DNA from: Clostridia bacterium
GTDB taxonomy: Bacteria; Bacillota; Limnochordia; DTU080; RSA5
Length of the DNA: 64,000 nucleotides
Direction of reading: 5' to 3'
NCBI GenBank assembly: GCA_002919235.1
Contig: PKEX01000001.1
Coordinates: forward strand, 5,289-69,288
In this document: positions 49,972 to 59,226 of the stretch, one piece after another
Layout: the number at the start of each line of letters is the position of its first letter
How positions within the stretch are numbered: position 1 is the first letter of the stretch
Translations under genes and position numbers: made by a program
The notes under the pieces: model-generated
Databases searched by the model: none
Told to the model about the DNA's origin: nothing
The model's input: the letters and a program-made list of their open reading frames with translations, nothing else

Positions 49972-50667
49972 TTACGCCCGCCGCGCCACCCGAATGGGTG
50001 GGATGGCCCAGTCGATGGGCTCGACGCCGATCTGCTGCAAGAAGGCGTTGGCCCTCGAAAACGGCCGGCTGCCGAAGAAGCCCGCGTGCGCCGAATACGG
50101 GCTCGGATGCGCCGACTCGATCACCAGGTGGCGGCCGGTGTCGATCATGGCCTTCTTCTCCTGGGCGTTGCGGCCCCACAGGATGAAGACCAGAGGCCTT
50201 TCCCGCTGGTTCAGCAGCTCGATGATGCGGTCGGTGAACCGCTCCCAGCCCTTGCCCCGGTGGGAGTTGGCCTGCCCGCGCCGCACCGTCAGCACGGTGT
50301 TGAGCAGCAGGACGCCCTGGCGAGCCCAGTGCTCCAGGCAGCCGTGGTCCGGGATCGGGCAGCCGATGTCGTCGTGGAGCTCTTTGAAGATGTTTTGCAG
50401 CGACGGCGGAGGCGGGACCCCGGGCTTCACCGAAAAGCACAGGCCGTGAGCCTGTCCCGGCCCGTGGTAAGGGTCTTGGCCCAGGATCACCACTTTGGTA
50501 TCGGCGTAGGACGTGTAGTGAAGGGCGTTGAAAATGTCGTACATGTCGGGGTAGACCGTGTAGCGGCGGTACTCCTCGATCAGGAACGCCCTGAGCGCCT
50601 GGTAGTAGGGTTGCTGGAACTCGTCCGCCAGCAGCTCGGCCCAGTCGTTTTGGAACACCGGCGCCAC
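49972..50667 (-). CDS. ung: Uracil-DNA glycosylase (family 1, Ung)
   Basis: [22 protein letters not shown] and HPSPYSA motifs. Start set at the GTG giving (V)[21 protein letters not shown], by N-terminal alignment with E. coli Ung from memory. The 84-aa extension in the track ORF is judged non-coding. Confidence 0.85.
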   Translation of the reverse strand: MAPVFQNDWAELLADEFQQPYYQALRAFLIEEYRRYTVYPDMYDIFNALHYTSYADTKVVILGQDPYHGPGQAHGLCFSVKPGVPPPPSLQNIFKELHDDIGCPIPDHGCLEHWARQGVLLLNTVLTVRRGQANSHRGKGWERFTDRIIELLNQRERPLVFILWGRNAQEKKAMIDTGRHLVIESAHPSPYSAHAGFFGSRPFSRANAFLQQIGVEPIDWAIPPIRVARRA

Positions 50668-50922
50668 CTGTCTCACTCCCCCATGCCGAACTCTTCCCGG
50701 ATATGGAATATGACCCTGGCCCGCCGTTTCCTCGCGGCGGTCGAGCCTCCGCATAGACCCTGCCGTTCGGCCATACCCTTCCTTGAAGCCACCGGCGCGA
50801 AGCCGCGAGGCTGCACCGAGCCCGCACAAGGATTCTGCAGCCAGGGCACGAAACGGCATGGAAGCGCAGAGACGTCGATGCACGGAGCATGGAGCGACGG
50901 AACGGCACGGGAGGATCACGGG

Positions 50923-51528
50923 TTGGATCTGGCGACGAGGATCATGGAAGCGTTGGGCTACCCGGGAATCATCTTGGTGGTTGCGGCAGAAAACCTTTTC
51001 CCGCCCATCCCTTCCGAAGTGGTCCTCCCCTTTGCCGGCTTCATGACCACGGCCAGTTCGCTCACGATCCCCGGCGTCATCGCCGCTGCGACGGCGGGCT
51101 CCCTCCTAGGCGCGTTGATCCTCTACGGGCTCGGCGCGGCCTTCGGCGCGGAGCGGATCGAGCGGTTCGTCGACCGCTACCAGCGCTACCTCACGATCAC
51201 TCCCGAGCATATGCGCCAGGCCCGGGCGTGGTTTGCCCGCTACGGCGTCTACACCGTCTTCTTCTGCCGGATGGTGCCGGTCATGCGGAGCATCATCTCC
51301 ATCCCCGCTGGGCTGGTCCGGATGAACCTGGGCGCGTTTTTCCTCTACACTCTCCTGGGCTCCCTGATCTGGAACGGCGCCCTCGTGGGCGTCGGGGCCC
51401 TCCTGGGCGCCTCGTGGCCCTTGGTCTCTGAGTGGCTAGGCTACTACAGCAGTGCGGTGAAAGTGATCGGCGCCCTGGCCCTGGTGGCGCTGGCCGTTTG
51501 GATCTTCCGCCCCCGGCGCGAGCGGTGA
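50923..51528 (+). CDS. DedA/SNARE-associated (TVP38/TMEM64-like) membrane protein
   Basis: C-terminal ~200 aa of the 928-aa track ORF 48742..51528. [30 protein letters not shown] DedA motif. TTG start with GGGAGGA 7 nt upstream; alternative ATG at 50944. Confidence 0.75.
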   Translation: MDLATRIMEALGYPGIILVVAAENLFPPIPSEVVLPFAGFMTTASSLTIPGVIAAATAGSLLGALILYGLGAAFGAERIERFVDRYQRYLTITPEHMRQARAWFARYGVYTVFFCRMVPVMRSIISIPAGLVRMNLGAFFLYTLLGSLIWNGALVGVGALLGASWPLVSEWLGYYSSAVKVIGALALVALAVWIFRPRRER

Positions 51529-51647
51529 GAGTTAAGAAGCACACGGAGCTCCAGCGCTAAGCCGGGGCTTTCCCGTGGTACAATGATCGTGAAACCATCC
51601 TGGGAAACACCGATGGGGATACGACGCAGCCCGGGAGGAACAGGCGC

Positions 51648-52637
51648 TTGAAGATCCCTTGCTCCGTCCTCGACCTCGCCCCGGTGGGCACCGGATTTAC
51701 GTCGACGCAGGCGCTGAAGCACACCGTGGAGCTGGCGCAGCTCGCCGAAGCCCTGGGATACACCCGCTTCTGGCTGGCCGAGCACCACAGCATGCCCGGG
51801 ATCGCCAGTTCGTCGCCGGAAGTGCTCATCGCCCACGTGGCCGCAGCAACGAACTCCATCCGGGTGGGCGCCGGCGGCGTGATGCTGCCCAACCACGTGC
51901 CGCTCCGGGTCGCCGAAGTGTTCCACACCCTGGAGGCGCTCCACCCCGGCCGGATTGACCTGGGGATCGGGCGGGCGCCGGGCACCGATCCTGCCACGTC
52001 CCGGGCGCTGCGCCCTTTCGACGCCAACGAGTTCCCCGCCCAGCTCAAGGAGTTGATCGCGCTCTCGCGCAGGGAGTTTCCCAAAGACCACCCGTTTCAC
52101 ACGGTGCAAGTGGTGCCGGCCGACGTGAAGCTACCGCCCATATGGATCCTGGGCTCCAGCGGGGCCGGCGCCCGGCTGGCCGGGATGATGGGCCTGGGCT
52201 ACAGCTTCGCCAGCCATTTCAGCCCGGTCTCGCCGCTCCCGGCGGCCGAGGCGTACCGGGAGAGCTTCCAGCCGTCCCCATGGTTTGAGAAACCCCATTT
52301 CATCTTGGCCGTCTCCGTCGTCTGCGCCGAGACCGACGAGGAGGCCGAGTACCACGCCCGGAGCATGGACCTGGTGGCGGTCCGCCTCGCCCGGGGAGAA
52401 ACGGGGCTTTTCCCCACGCCGGAGGAGGCGGCGGCGTATCCTTACGACCCCGTAGAGCTGGCCGTCGCCCGGGAACGCCGGGCGCTCACCATCGTCGGAA
52501 GCCCGGGCAAGGTGCGGGACCGCATCCTCGCTCTCTACGAGCAGACCCGGGCCGACGAGATCATGATCTCCACCATGGTCCACGACCCTAAAGCCCGGCT
52601 CCGTTCGTACGAACTGGTAGCCCGGGCGCTGTCGTAG
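51648..52637 (+). CDS. LLM-class (luciferase-like) flavin-dependent oxidoreductase
   Basis: 329 aa. FWLAEHH motif, TIM-barrel luciferase-like family. Confidence 0.85.
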   Translation: MKIPCSVLDLAPVGTGFTSTQALKHTVELAQLAEALGYTRFWLAEHHSMPGIASSSPEVLIAHVAAATNSIRVGAGGVMLPNHVPLRVAEVFHTLEALHPGRIDLGIGRAPGTDPATSRALRPFDANEFPAQLKELIALSRREFPKDHPFHTVQVVPADVKLPPIWILGSSGAGARLAGMMGLGYSFASHFSPVSPLPAAEAYRESFQPSPWFEKPHFILAVSVVCAETDEEAEYHARSMDLVAVRLARGETGLFPTPEEAAAYPYDPVELAVARERRALTIVGSPGKVRDRILALYEQTRADEIMISTMVHDPKARLRSYELVARALS

Positions 52638-52646
52638 CGTGTGGCG

Positions 52647-53558
52647 TCAGCTTCGCGCACCCTGGGAGGAGACGGTGATGTCGCCGTTGGACGTCCGGGC
52701 GGAGAGCTGGGCCGCTCCCTGGCCGATCCGGCCCACCAGGCGGTTTCGGCCGACCTCGGCCACGGAGACTTCGGTCTCCAGCGCGATCTGCCCGTTGCTG
52801 GTTGTGAGGTTCAGACTCACGTCGGGTTCGATCAAGGCCAGCCGCACGGCGCCGTTGGAGGTGCGCACCTCGTAGGAAGCGCCTTCGTCCAGCCGGGCCC
52901 GCAGTTCGACAGGGCCATTGCTCGTCCGGAGGCGGCCGGCGCGCGCGAGCCTCGCCCCGTCGACGACGATGGCGCCGTTGGACGTCTCGGCCGTCACTAC
53001 CCCGTCCACGTCCCGCAGCTCGATGCGGCCGTTCGACGTCTTCACGGCGAGGCTGCCCGCCTGCCGTTCCACCACCACCGAGCCGTTGGACGTCCGCAGC
53101 CGGGCGTCCCCCCGCAGGTCACGGGCGGTGATGCGGCCGTTGGACGTGTACAGGGAGATGTCGCCCTCCCAGTCCCGCGGGACCAGCACTCGAAAACTGA
53201 GCCTCAGGTTGGCCCAGCCGAACCCCCAGTAAAACAAGCGGCCGTAGCCCGCCCGCACGCCGTCGTCCGTCTGCTCGATGGAGATTGGGATTCGCTCGGC
53301 CACCCAGCGGGCGAAGGCGACCGGCCCGCGCGCCTCCTTCACCGCTCGCACCACCACCTCGCGCCCGTCCCACGCCTCGTACTCGATAGGGCCGTTGATG
53401 TTCTCCACCGCGATCGCCTGGCCGGGAGCAAGGACGAACGCGCGCTCCGTCTCCTCCAGCACCCGCGAGCCCGAACGGGTCCCGGACGCCACACCGGCGA
53501 CGCCCACCGCCAAAGCGGCGAGGCCCATCACCAGCACCACCAGGCGCAGCGTCTTCAT
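52647..53558 (-). CDS. DUF4097-family beta-strand repeat protein (putative adhesin / LiaF-like C-terminal domain)
   Basis: 303 aa. N-terminal TM/signal. About 10 repeats of TSNG(x)I/V at ~20-aa spacing (TSNGRITARD, TSNGSVVVER, TSNGRIELRD, TSNGAIVVDG, TSNGPVELRA, TSNGAVRLAL, TSNGQIALET, TSNGDITVSS). Confidence 0.75.
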   Translation of the reverse strand: MKTLRLVVLVMGLAALAVGVAGVASGTRSGSRVLEETERAFVLAPGQAIAVENINGPIEYEAWDGREVVVRAVKEARGPVAFARWVAERIPISIEQTDDGVRAGYGRLFYWGFGWANLRLSFRVLVPRDWEGDISLYTSNGRITARDLRGDARLRTSNGSVVVERQAGSLAVKTSNGRIELRDVDGVVTAETSNGAIVVDGARLARAGRLRTSNGPVELRARLDEGASYEVRTSNGAVRLALIEPDVSLNLTTSNGQIALETEVSVAEVGRNRLVGRIGQGAAQLSARTSNGDITVSSQGARS

Positions 53559-53561
53559 GCC

Positions 53562-53906
53562 TCACTCACCGCCCTTCTTCTCGCGAGACTCTTTGAGAAT
53601 CTGGTTGATCAGCATGCCGCAGCCGATGGCCGTCGGCACCAGGCCGCCGATGAGCCACGGCCCGATCCCCATGGTCAAGAGACCCAGGGTCAGCGCGACG
53701 CCGACCAGCGTGACGACGATGGGCGAGTACCGGTCGTTTCGCTTGGAGCCCTCGTCATCCCCGTCATCCTCGAAGTCGGGCGGCACGAGGCCTTTCTCAA
53801 TCATGGCCATCCGCTCTTTGTGCTTGAGATACCGCTGAAACGCGCCATAACCGATGCCCAGAGCGACGATCAAGAACGGAAAGCCGAACACGATGAGTAC
53901 GTCCAT
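53562..53906 (-). CDS. Small membrane protein (2-3 TM, acidic loop), envelope-stress-module associated
   Basis: Start MDVLIVFGFPFLIVALGIGYGAF with RBS AAGGAGT 11 nt upstream (track ORF starts at 53939). Acidic DFEDDGDDEG loop. Lies between the anti-sigma gene and the DUF4097 gene. Confidence 0.5.
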   Translation of the reverse strand: MDVLIVFGFPFLIVALGIGYGAFQRYLKHKERMAMIEKGLVPPDFEDDGDDEGSKRNDRYSPIVVTLVGVALTLGLLTMGIGPWLIGGLVPTAIGCGMLINQILKESREKKGGE

Positions 53907-54014
53907 GAGGGTTACTGACTCCTTTCCTTTTCCCGCCAATGGGCAAGCCGTCCCGTACGGGCGTCGTTCTAAAGCCGGTTAGATCCGCTCTCACGCCTCC
54001 GCACTGCCCCGCTG

Positions 54015-54650
54015 TCACTCCCTCCGCGGCCCGGGCCGCCCACCGGTGACGATCAGTACCCCGATGGCGAAGCTGAGGCCTGCGGCACACCACCACACCG
54101 CTTCGACGTAGGGAGCCACCCCGGGCGGAAGCGTCTCTCCGGCCCGCTGCAGCATCCAAGCGGCTTCCCGGACCCGCTGGCCCCCGGAGTCGAACGCCGC
54201 GCGCACCAGGGCGAAAACCCGATCCGTAAGCCCCGGAAAAGCGGGAAGCAGCAGCCCCAGCGCCCCGGCCGCCTGGAGAGAGACCGCAAACACCCAGGCG
54301 AGCCACGCCGCAGCGGCTCCCGCCAGCGAGAGGGGCTCCCGGCGGGGCCCTTCGCTCACGGCCCGCTCCTGGTCCTGCTCGGCTGCGATGCGGGCCATCA
54401 CCCGGTCCAACGTCCCGGCCGGCGCCTGCACCCCGCTGCTGGCCTGCAGCAAGGCCGCGATCCGCCGCCACCCGGCCAGCTCCGCCTGGCACCTGGGGCA
54501 GCGCGCCACATGGCGCCGGAGCAGCCAGGCCAGTAAGCCACCCCAGCGCTCGCCCTTCCGGGAACCTCCCCCGGGCGGCTCGGCGGTGAGCCCCAGGCGA
54601 TCCGCGGCGCGGCACTGCCACGTGAGCCGGTCCGCTTGAGGCGCTCTCAT
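54015..54650 (-). CDS. Anti-sigma factor (zf-HC2 type) with TM segments
   Basis: ATGA overlap with the ECF sigma stop. zf-HC2-like HVARCPRCQAELAGW motif. Hydrophobic C-terminal segments. Confidence 0.7.
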   Translation of the reverse strand: MRAPQADRLTWQCRAADRLGLTAEPPGGGSRKGERWGGLLAWLLRRHVARCPRCQAELAGWRRIAALLQASSGVQAPAGTLDRVMARIAAEQDQERAVSEGPRREPLSLAGAAAAWLAWVFAVSLQAAGALGLLLPAFPGLTDRVFALVRAAFDSGGQRVREAAWMLQRAGETLPPGVAPYVEAVWWCAAGLSFAIGVLIVTGGRPGPRRE

Positions 54651-55231
54651 CGAGTCCACACCCCTTCCCCGCCGCGTTCCTTGCCCAGTTCCCGCTTGAG
54701 CGCTTGCCTTGCACGGTGCAAGTGCGTCTTCACCGTGCCCACCGGCACGTCCAGCACTCCGGCGATGTCCCTCACCGTGAGACCTTCGACGTAGTAGAGG
54801 GTGAGCGCCGCCCGGTAGGACGGCGGTAGCTTTTGCAGCGCCGCCTCCAGCTCCCGCTGTGCTTCCACTCCCTCCCAGCGGCTTTCCGGATCGTACCAGG
54901 CCGCCGCGGCGGGGTCATGGCTCCCCGCAGCGTCCAACAGGCGGGCGTCGTCCACGGGCAGCGGCTTCGCCTTGCGAGCGCGATCCACGGCGACGCGGTA
55001 GACGATCCGGTAGAGCCAGGTCGCAAACCGGGCGTCGCCGCGAAACCGCGGCAGAGCCCTCCATGCCTTATATAGCGCCTCTTGCAGTGCGTCCTCCGCT
55101 TCGCCGGGATCGCCGGCAAGGCGCAGCGCCAAGCGGTACGCCTGGTCCAGGCACGGCTCGACGAGCCCTGCAAACGCCTGCCCGTCACCCTCTTTTGCCC
55201 GGTGAAGGAGCTTTGCTTCGTCCTGGACCAT
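54647..55231 (-). CDS. RNA polymerase sigma-70 family ECF sigma factor
   Basis: 194 aa. Region 2 (FAGLVEPCLDQAYRLALRLAGDPGEAEDALQEALYKAW) and region 4 (YRAALTLYYVEGLTVRDIAGVLDVPVGTVKTHLHRAR). Confidence 0.9.
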   Translation of the reverse strand: MVQDEAKLLHRAKEGDGQAFAGLVEPCLDQAYRLALRLAGDPGEAEDALQEALYKAWRALPRFRGDARFATWLYRIVYRVAVDRARKAKPLPVDDARLLDAAGSHDPAAAAWYDPESRWEGVEAQRELEAALQKLPPSYRAALTLYYVEGLTVRDIAGVLDVPVGTVKTHLHRARQALKRELGKERGGEGVWTR

Positions 55232-55261
55232 ACTGCGCCTCGCTTTCGACCTTTCACCCTA

Positions 55262-55291
55262 TTAGACGGGACGACGCCCAAGACGGTTTCA
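55262..55291 (-). promoter_or_regulatory. ECF-type promoter TGAAAC-N17-CGTCTAA upstream of the ECF sigma gene (probable autoregulation)
   Basis: Minus-strand TGAAAC (rc of gtttca, 55286-55291) and CGTCTAA (rc of ttagacg, 55262-55268) with a 17-nt spacer, ~30 nt upstream of the sigma start. Resembles SigW/SigM-type promoters (TGAAAC N16-17 CGTA/CGTC). Confidence 0.55.
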
Positions 55292-55471
55292 CCGGCAAGG
55301 ATTCCACCGGACCACCCGTTGACGGATCGGTTCGTCCTGGTCCAGGGACCGCCTTACTCTCTAAGGCAAAAAGAATCGCCCGGCAGCTCCGGCGGCTTGC
55401 GCCGCCCTTCGCCGGGCGTTTCAACGTGGTCGCGATCAAGACTGTGAAGAGACCGGATTCGCGCTTGCCCC

Positions 55472-55978
55472 TCAGAAGTAGTGGCCGACGCCGATGTACG
55501 TGGCAGTGACGGAATCCTTCTTGAGCAGCGTCGCACTGCCGCCGAAGAACACGCCCGCCGTGTTGGTCAGCCTAAACGCGAGTTCGGCGTTGGCTTTCAC
55601 CCAAATGCTAGGGCCGCCCAACCGGCTCTGAACGCCGAGCCAACCGCTTAGATCGACGGTGTTGGCGACGGGCACGCGCCGCCAGACACCGAGTTCCAGC
55701 AGTTCTTTGTTGGCACCGGCCGCATCGAACTCGACTTCGAGGTAGATCCCGTTGCCCGCCCCCTGCCAGAGACTGACGACAAACACCTCATCGGAACGAA
55801 GCTGAAGACCCGCAGCCAGCGTGGGCAGGAGGTCAAACTCGCCGTAACCGTACGTCAGCGACTCCGAGCCCCTCTGAATTATCCCCAGCGAAATCACCGC
55901 CGCCTGCGCGGGGAGGGCGCCCGCAAGCGCTACCAAGCATACCGCAGCGACCAAGGTGGCCAGGGTTTTCCTTTTCAT
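55472..55978 (-). CDS. Small secreted beta-strand-rich protein ending in C-terminal Phe (OmpW/OmpX-like outer-membrane beta-barrel candidate)
   Basis: Start MKRKTLATLVAAVCLVALAGALPAQA (signal peptide) with RBS AAGGAGGAG. About 140-aa mature region with alternating hydrophobic beta-strand pattern, C-terminal ...GVGHYF. Confidence 0.45.
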   Translation of the reverse strand: MKRKTLATLVAAVCLVALAGALPAQAAVISLGIIQRGSESLTYGYGEFDLLPTLAAGLQLRSDEVFVVSLWQGAGNGIYLEVEFDAAGANKELLELGVWRRVPVANTVDLSGWLGVQSRLGGPSIWVKANAELAFRLTNTAGVFFGGSATLLKKDSVTATYIGVGHYF

Positions 55979-56145
55979 CGCTCTCCTCCTTGATGGATCC
56001 GACATCCTGTCCAATTTTCACCTTCCCCCGAGATACTCCCATTGTACAGCCCCGCCGCCGCGGCAGGCAAGGATCACCCACCCGCGCCGGAGCGGCGGAG
56101 ACGCGATTGACCTTTGGCATCCGATCTGCTAGGGTTGAGGTGGAA

Positions 56146-56237
56146 CAACTCAGGGGAGCTCGTGACGGGCTGAGAGGGTGGGAATGGCCCACCGACCCTT
56201 GCACCTGATCCAGGTAATGCTGGCGCAGGGAGAGTTG
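56146..56237 (+). ncRNA. TPP (thiamine pyrophosphate) riboswitch aptamer (THI element)
   Basis: P1 CAACTC/GAGTTG. Conserved cores CAGGGGAGC...GGGCTGAGAGG and ACCCTTGCACCTGATCCAGGTAATGCTGGCGCAGGGAG match the TPP riboswitch consensus (CTGAGA, ACCTGATC, GGCG-AGGGA). Directly upstream of a thiamine-type ABC transporter. Confidence 0.8.
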
Positions 56238-56264
56238 GCATACCCTTTTTCCGTCACGGAACCT

Positions 56265-56290
56265 CCCTCGGATGTTAGGGGGTTCTTTTT
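56265..56290 (+). terminator. Riboswitch expression-platform hairpin plus U-tract; candidate intrinsic terminator that also sequesters the RBS
   Basis: CCCTC-ggatgtta-GGGGG followed by TTCTTTTT, immediately before ATG 56291. The AGGGGG SD-like element forms the 3' arm of the stem. Confidence 0.5.
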
Positions 56291-57391
56291 ATGCTGTCCT
56301 TTTCTCTCCACCGGAGCCGGGACCTCGCGGGCTCCGGCAGGCTCGCGGGTGCTGTCCTTCCCGCGCTGGTTTCCGCCGTTGTCACTCTCGTCCTCGTCTT
56401 TTCAACGCCTCTCGCGGCATCAGCCCAGCAAAAGCTCTACGTCTACACGTACGATTCGTTCGTCTCATGGGGACCCGCCTCGGATTTCGAAGCGGGGTTT
56501 GAAGCCTTGTATCCCGGCGTGGACGTGGTCTTCGTCGCGCCCGGTGACGCCGGGGAGGCGGTGGCCCGGGTCATCCAGGAGCTGGAGGCGGGCGGCACCG
56601 ACGCCGACGTGCTGCTGGGCATCGCCGACACGCAGGTGCCCAAGGCGCTAGCCCGCGGGCTCTTTGAACCGTACGATCCGGCGCTGATTCCCAACCTCGC
56701 GAATGTCCCCGGCGAGCTGATTTTTGACGAGACGGGCCACGTGGTGCCCTTCGACCACGGGTACATCACCCTGGTGTACGACAGCGAACGCATCGATCCC
56801 AGCGAGGCGCCCAAAACCCTCGAGGACCTGACCGATCCCAAGTGGCGGGGCCAGATCATCATGATGGACCCCCGCACGTCGTCGCCCGGCCACGCCTTCT
56901 TGATGTGGACCATCGCCAAGTACGGCGATCCGGGCTTCGTCGAATACTGGGAGCGGCTCTCCCCCAACCTGCTCACCATCACCGGGGGCTGGACGGAGGC
57001 GTACAACTACTTCCTCGAGGGCGAGGCGCCCATCGTGGTCTCTTACTCCACCGACACGGCGTACAGCGTGACCGTGGAAGGGACTGACCGCCAGCGGGTG
57101 CTGACGCCCGAGGGCGAAGGGTACCGGCAGATCGAGGGGATGGGCATCGTCCGGGGCACGGACCAGCGGGAGCTCGCGCACGCCTTCATCAACTACGTGC
57201 TCTCGGTGGAGGCCCAGGAGAAGATCCCGCCCACCAACTGGATGTTCCCGGCCAACCGCAACGCCGCGGTGCCGGAAAACTGGGAGATCTACGCCGTCAT
57301 CCCCGAGCGGCCCGTGTACCTCGCCCCCGAAGAGATCGAGGCCAACGAGGCCCGCTGGCTGAGGCTCTGGGCCACGGCCATCTCCCGCTAA
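56291..57391 (+). CDS. thiB: Thiamine/TPP ABC transporter substrate-binding protein (ThiB/TbpA-like)
   Basis: 366 aa. Signal peptide ...STPLAASA. SBP_bac_8/Fe3+-thiamine SBP-like body. Controlled by the upstream TPP riboswitch. Confidence 0.8.
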   Translation: MLSFSLHRSRDLAGSGRLAGAVLPALVSAVVTLVLVFSTPLAASAQQKLYVYTYDSFVSWGPASDFEAGFEALYPGVDVVFVAPGDAGEAVARVIQELEAGGTDADVLLGIADTQVPKALARGLFEPYDPALIPNLANVPGELIFDETGHVVPFDHGYITLVYDSERIDPSEAPKTLEDLTDPKWRGQIIMMDPRTSSPGHAFLMWTIAKYGDPGFVEYWERLSPNLLTITGGWTEAYNYFLEGEAPIVVSYSTDTAYSVTVEGTDRQRVLTPEGEGYRQIEGMGIVRGTDQRELAHAFINYVLSVEAQEKIPPTNWMFPANRNAAVPENWEIYAVIPERPVYLAPEEIEANEARWLRLWATAISR

Positions 57392-57432
57392 TCCGGGAGA
57401 TCCGGCGGTACCGGCATCTCCGGTGAACCCCA

Positions 57433-59226
57433 GTGCCTCGCTTCCTCTTTAACCTGCATCGAAAGGGCGCGCCGCCGCTTCCGGGCCAGCACGGGAGCGG
57501 TGCGCGCCCCCGCCCCCAGTGGTCCGCCTGGCTCCTGGCGGCGCTGCCCGCCCTTTTCCTGGCGTTTTTCTTTTACCTTCCGATCCTCGAGGTGCTTTCC
57601 CGGGGGTTTCGCCAGCCCGGGGCGGGCTTTTCCCTGGCCGTGGTCCGGGGGCTCTTGGCGGACCCGTACATCCAACGGCTGATCCGGTTCACCTCCATGC
57701 AGGCCCTGGCTTCCGCCGGGCTCAGCGCCCTCATCGGCGTGCCGCTGGCGTACCTCCTGGCCCGCAAGGAGTTTCCCGGCCGCAGGCTGGCGTCGGCGCT
57801 CACCATGGTCCCGTTCGTGCTGCCCACCATCACCGTGGCCCTGGGCTTTATGCTGATGTACGGCACCAACGGCTGGTTCACCCGGGCATTCCGGTGGCTC
57901 ACCGGTTCGGAGCTCCGCATCCTCCACTCGCTCTGGGCCATTCTCCTGGCCCATGCCTTCTACAACGCCCCGGTGGTGGCCCGGGTGGTCCAGGCCGCCT
58001 GGGAGCAAGTCGACCCTCACCTGGAGGAGAGCGCCCGGGTCCTGGGCGCCACGCCGTGGGGCGTGTTCCGGGACGTGACGCTGCCGACCATCCTCCCCGC
58101 CGTCTTGAGCGGCACGGCGCTGGCGTTCATCTACTGCTTTATGAGCTTTCCCATCGTCCTGGCGCTGGGAGGCGCCCGCTACTCCACCCTGGAGGTGGAA
58201 ATCTACACCCAGGTGCACGTGCTGTGGGACTACGAGACCGGGGCCGCCCTGGCGGCCATCCAGGCGACGCTCTCCCTGGCCTTCGTGTACGCCATGCTCA
58301 AACTCCAGGGGGATGCGGGCCTTGCGGGCCTGGCCCGAAGCTCACTCCGCCGGATGCGGCGCACCCCGGTGTGGGAGGGAAAGCCCGGCGCCGGTCCGGT
58401 GCTTACTGCGGCGTTCATGCTGTTTGCCGCGGTCTTCTTCCTCGGCCCCATCGCGGCCGTGGTCTGGCACTCGCTGCGAAACCCCGGAGGCGGCCTGGGG
58501 CTTGACGGCTACGCCCGCATCCTCTCGGTCCAGCACAGCGCGACGGTGGGAAACACCCCCCTTTCGGCCGTCGCCAACAGCCTGCGCTTCGGCGCCTTCG
58601 CTTCCCTGATCGCCGTGGCGCTGGGCGGGGCTTTTTCCTACAGCACCTTGCGCATCCGGCTCTTGCGGCGGACGTGGCTCGAGATCCTCGCGCTGGCGCC
58701 CATCGCCGTCTCCTCGGTGGCGCTGGGCTTCGGCGCGCTGCTGGCTTTTCGGAAGGAACCCTTCACCGCCATCCCGCCCGACTGGCGGGTGATCTTGATC
58801 CACGCGGCCCTGGGTTTTCCGTTCGTCGTCCGCAGCGTCCGGCCGGTCCTGGCCAACCTCGACCGCAGCCTAGGCGAAGCCGCCCGCACGCTGGGAGCGG
58901 GGCCGCTCAAGGCCTTTTGCACCGTCGAGCTCCCCCTCATCGCCGGCGGGGTCTTCGTGGCCCTGACCCTGGCCTTCGGCATCAGCGTCAGCGAAATGAG
59001 CGCCACCATGATGCTGGCCAGGCCCAGCCTGGTCACCATGCCGGTCGGCGTCTACCGGTTCCTCTCCTCCCGGGAGTTCCAGGCCGCCAGCGCCATGGCG
59101 GTGCTCTTGATCCTGGTGACAGGCGGCGCGTTCCTGCTCATCGAAGGAGCCTCCCGATGGATCCAGCGGGCGCGGGACAGCGAGCCGCCCCGGCAGAACA
59201 GAGCGCGGGGAGGACAGCGGGGATGA
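57433..59226 (+). CDS. thiP: Thiamine ABC transporter permease with duplicated transmembrane domains (ThiP-like)
   Basis: 597 aa. Two BPD_transp_1 modules (EESARVLGATPWGVFRDVTLP and GEAARTLGAGPLKAFCTVELP). The N-terminal ~30 aa may be over-called. Confidence 0.8.
   Translation: MPRFLFNLHRKGAPPLPGQHGSGARPRPQWSAWLLAALPALFLAFFFYLPILEVLSRGFRQPGAGFSLAVVRGLLADPYIQRLIRFTSMQALASAGLSALIGVPLAYLLARKEFPGRRLASALTMVPFVLPTITVALGFMLMYGTNGWFTRAFRWLTGSELRILHSLWAILLAHAFYNAPVVARVVQAAWEQVDPHLEESARVLGATPWGVFRDVTLPTILPAVLSGTALAFIYCFMSFPIVLALGGARYSTLEVEIYTQVHVLWDYETGAALAAIQATLSLAFVYAMLKLQGDAGLAGLARSSLRRMRRTPVWEGKPGAGPVLTAAFMLFAAVFFLGPIAAVVWHSLRNPGGGLGLDGYARILSVQHSATVGNTPLSAVANSLRFGAFASLIAVALGGAFSYSTLRIRLLRRTWLEILALAPIAVSSVALGFGALLAFRKEPFTAIPPDWRVILIHAALGFPFVVRSVRPVLANLDRSLGEAARTLGAGPLKAFCTVELPLIAGGVFVALTLAFGISVSEMSATMMLARPSLVTMPVGVYRFLSSREFQAASAMAVLLILVTGGAFLLIEGASRWIQRARDSEPPRQNRARGGQRG

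Noticed and set aside
48742-51528. 928-aa plus-strand ORF
   Set aside because: Only the last ~200 aa (DedA motif) are coding. The upstream part is antisense to the LacI and ung genes.
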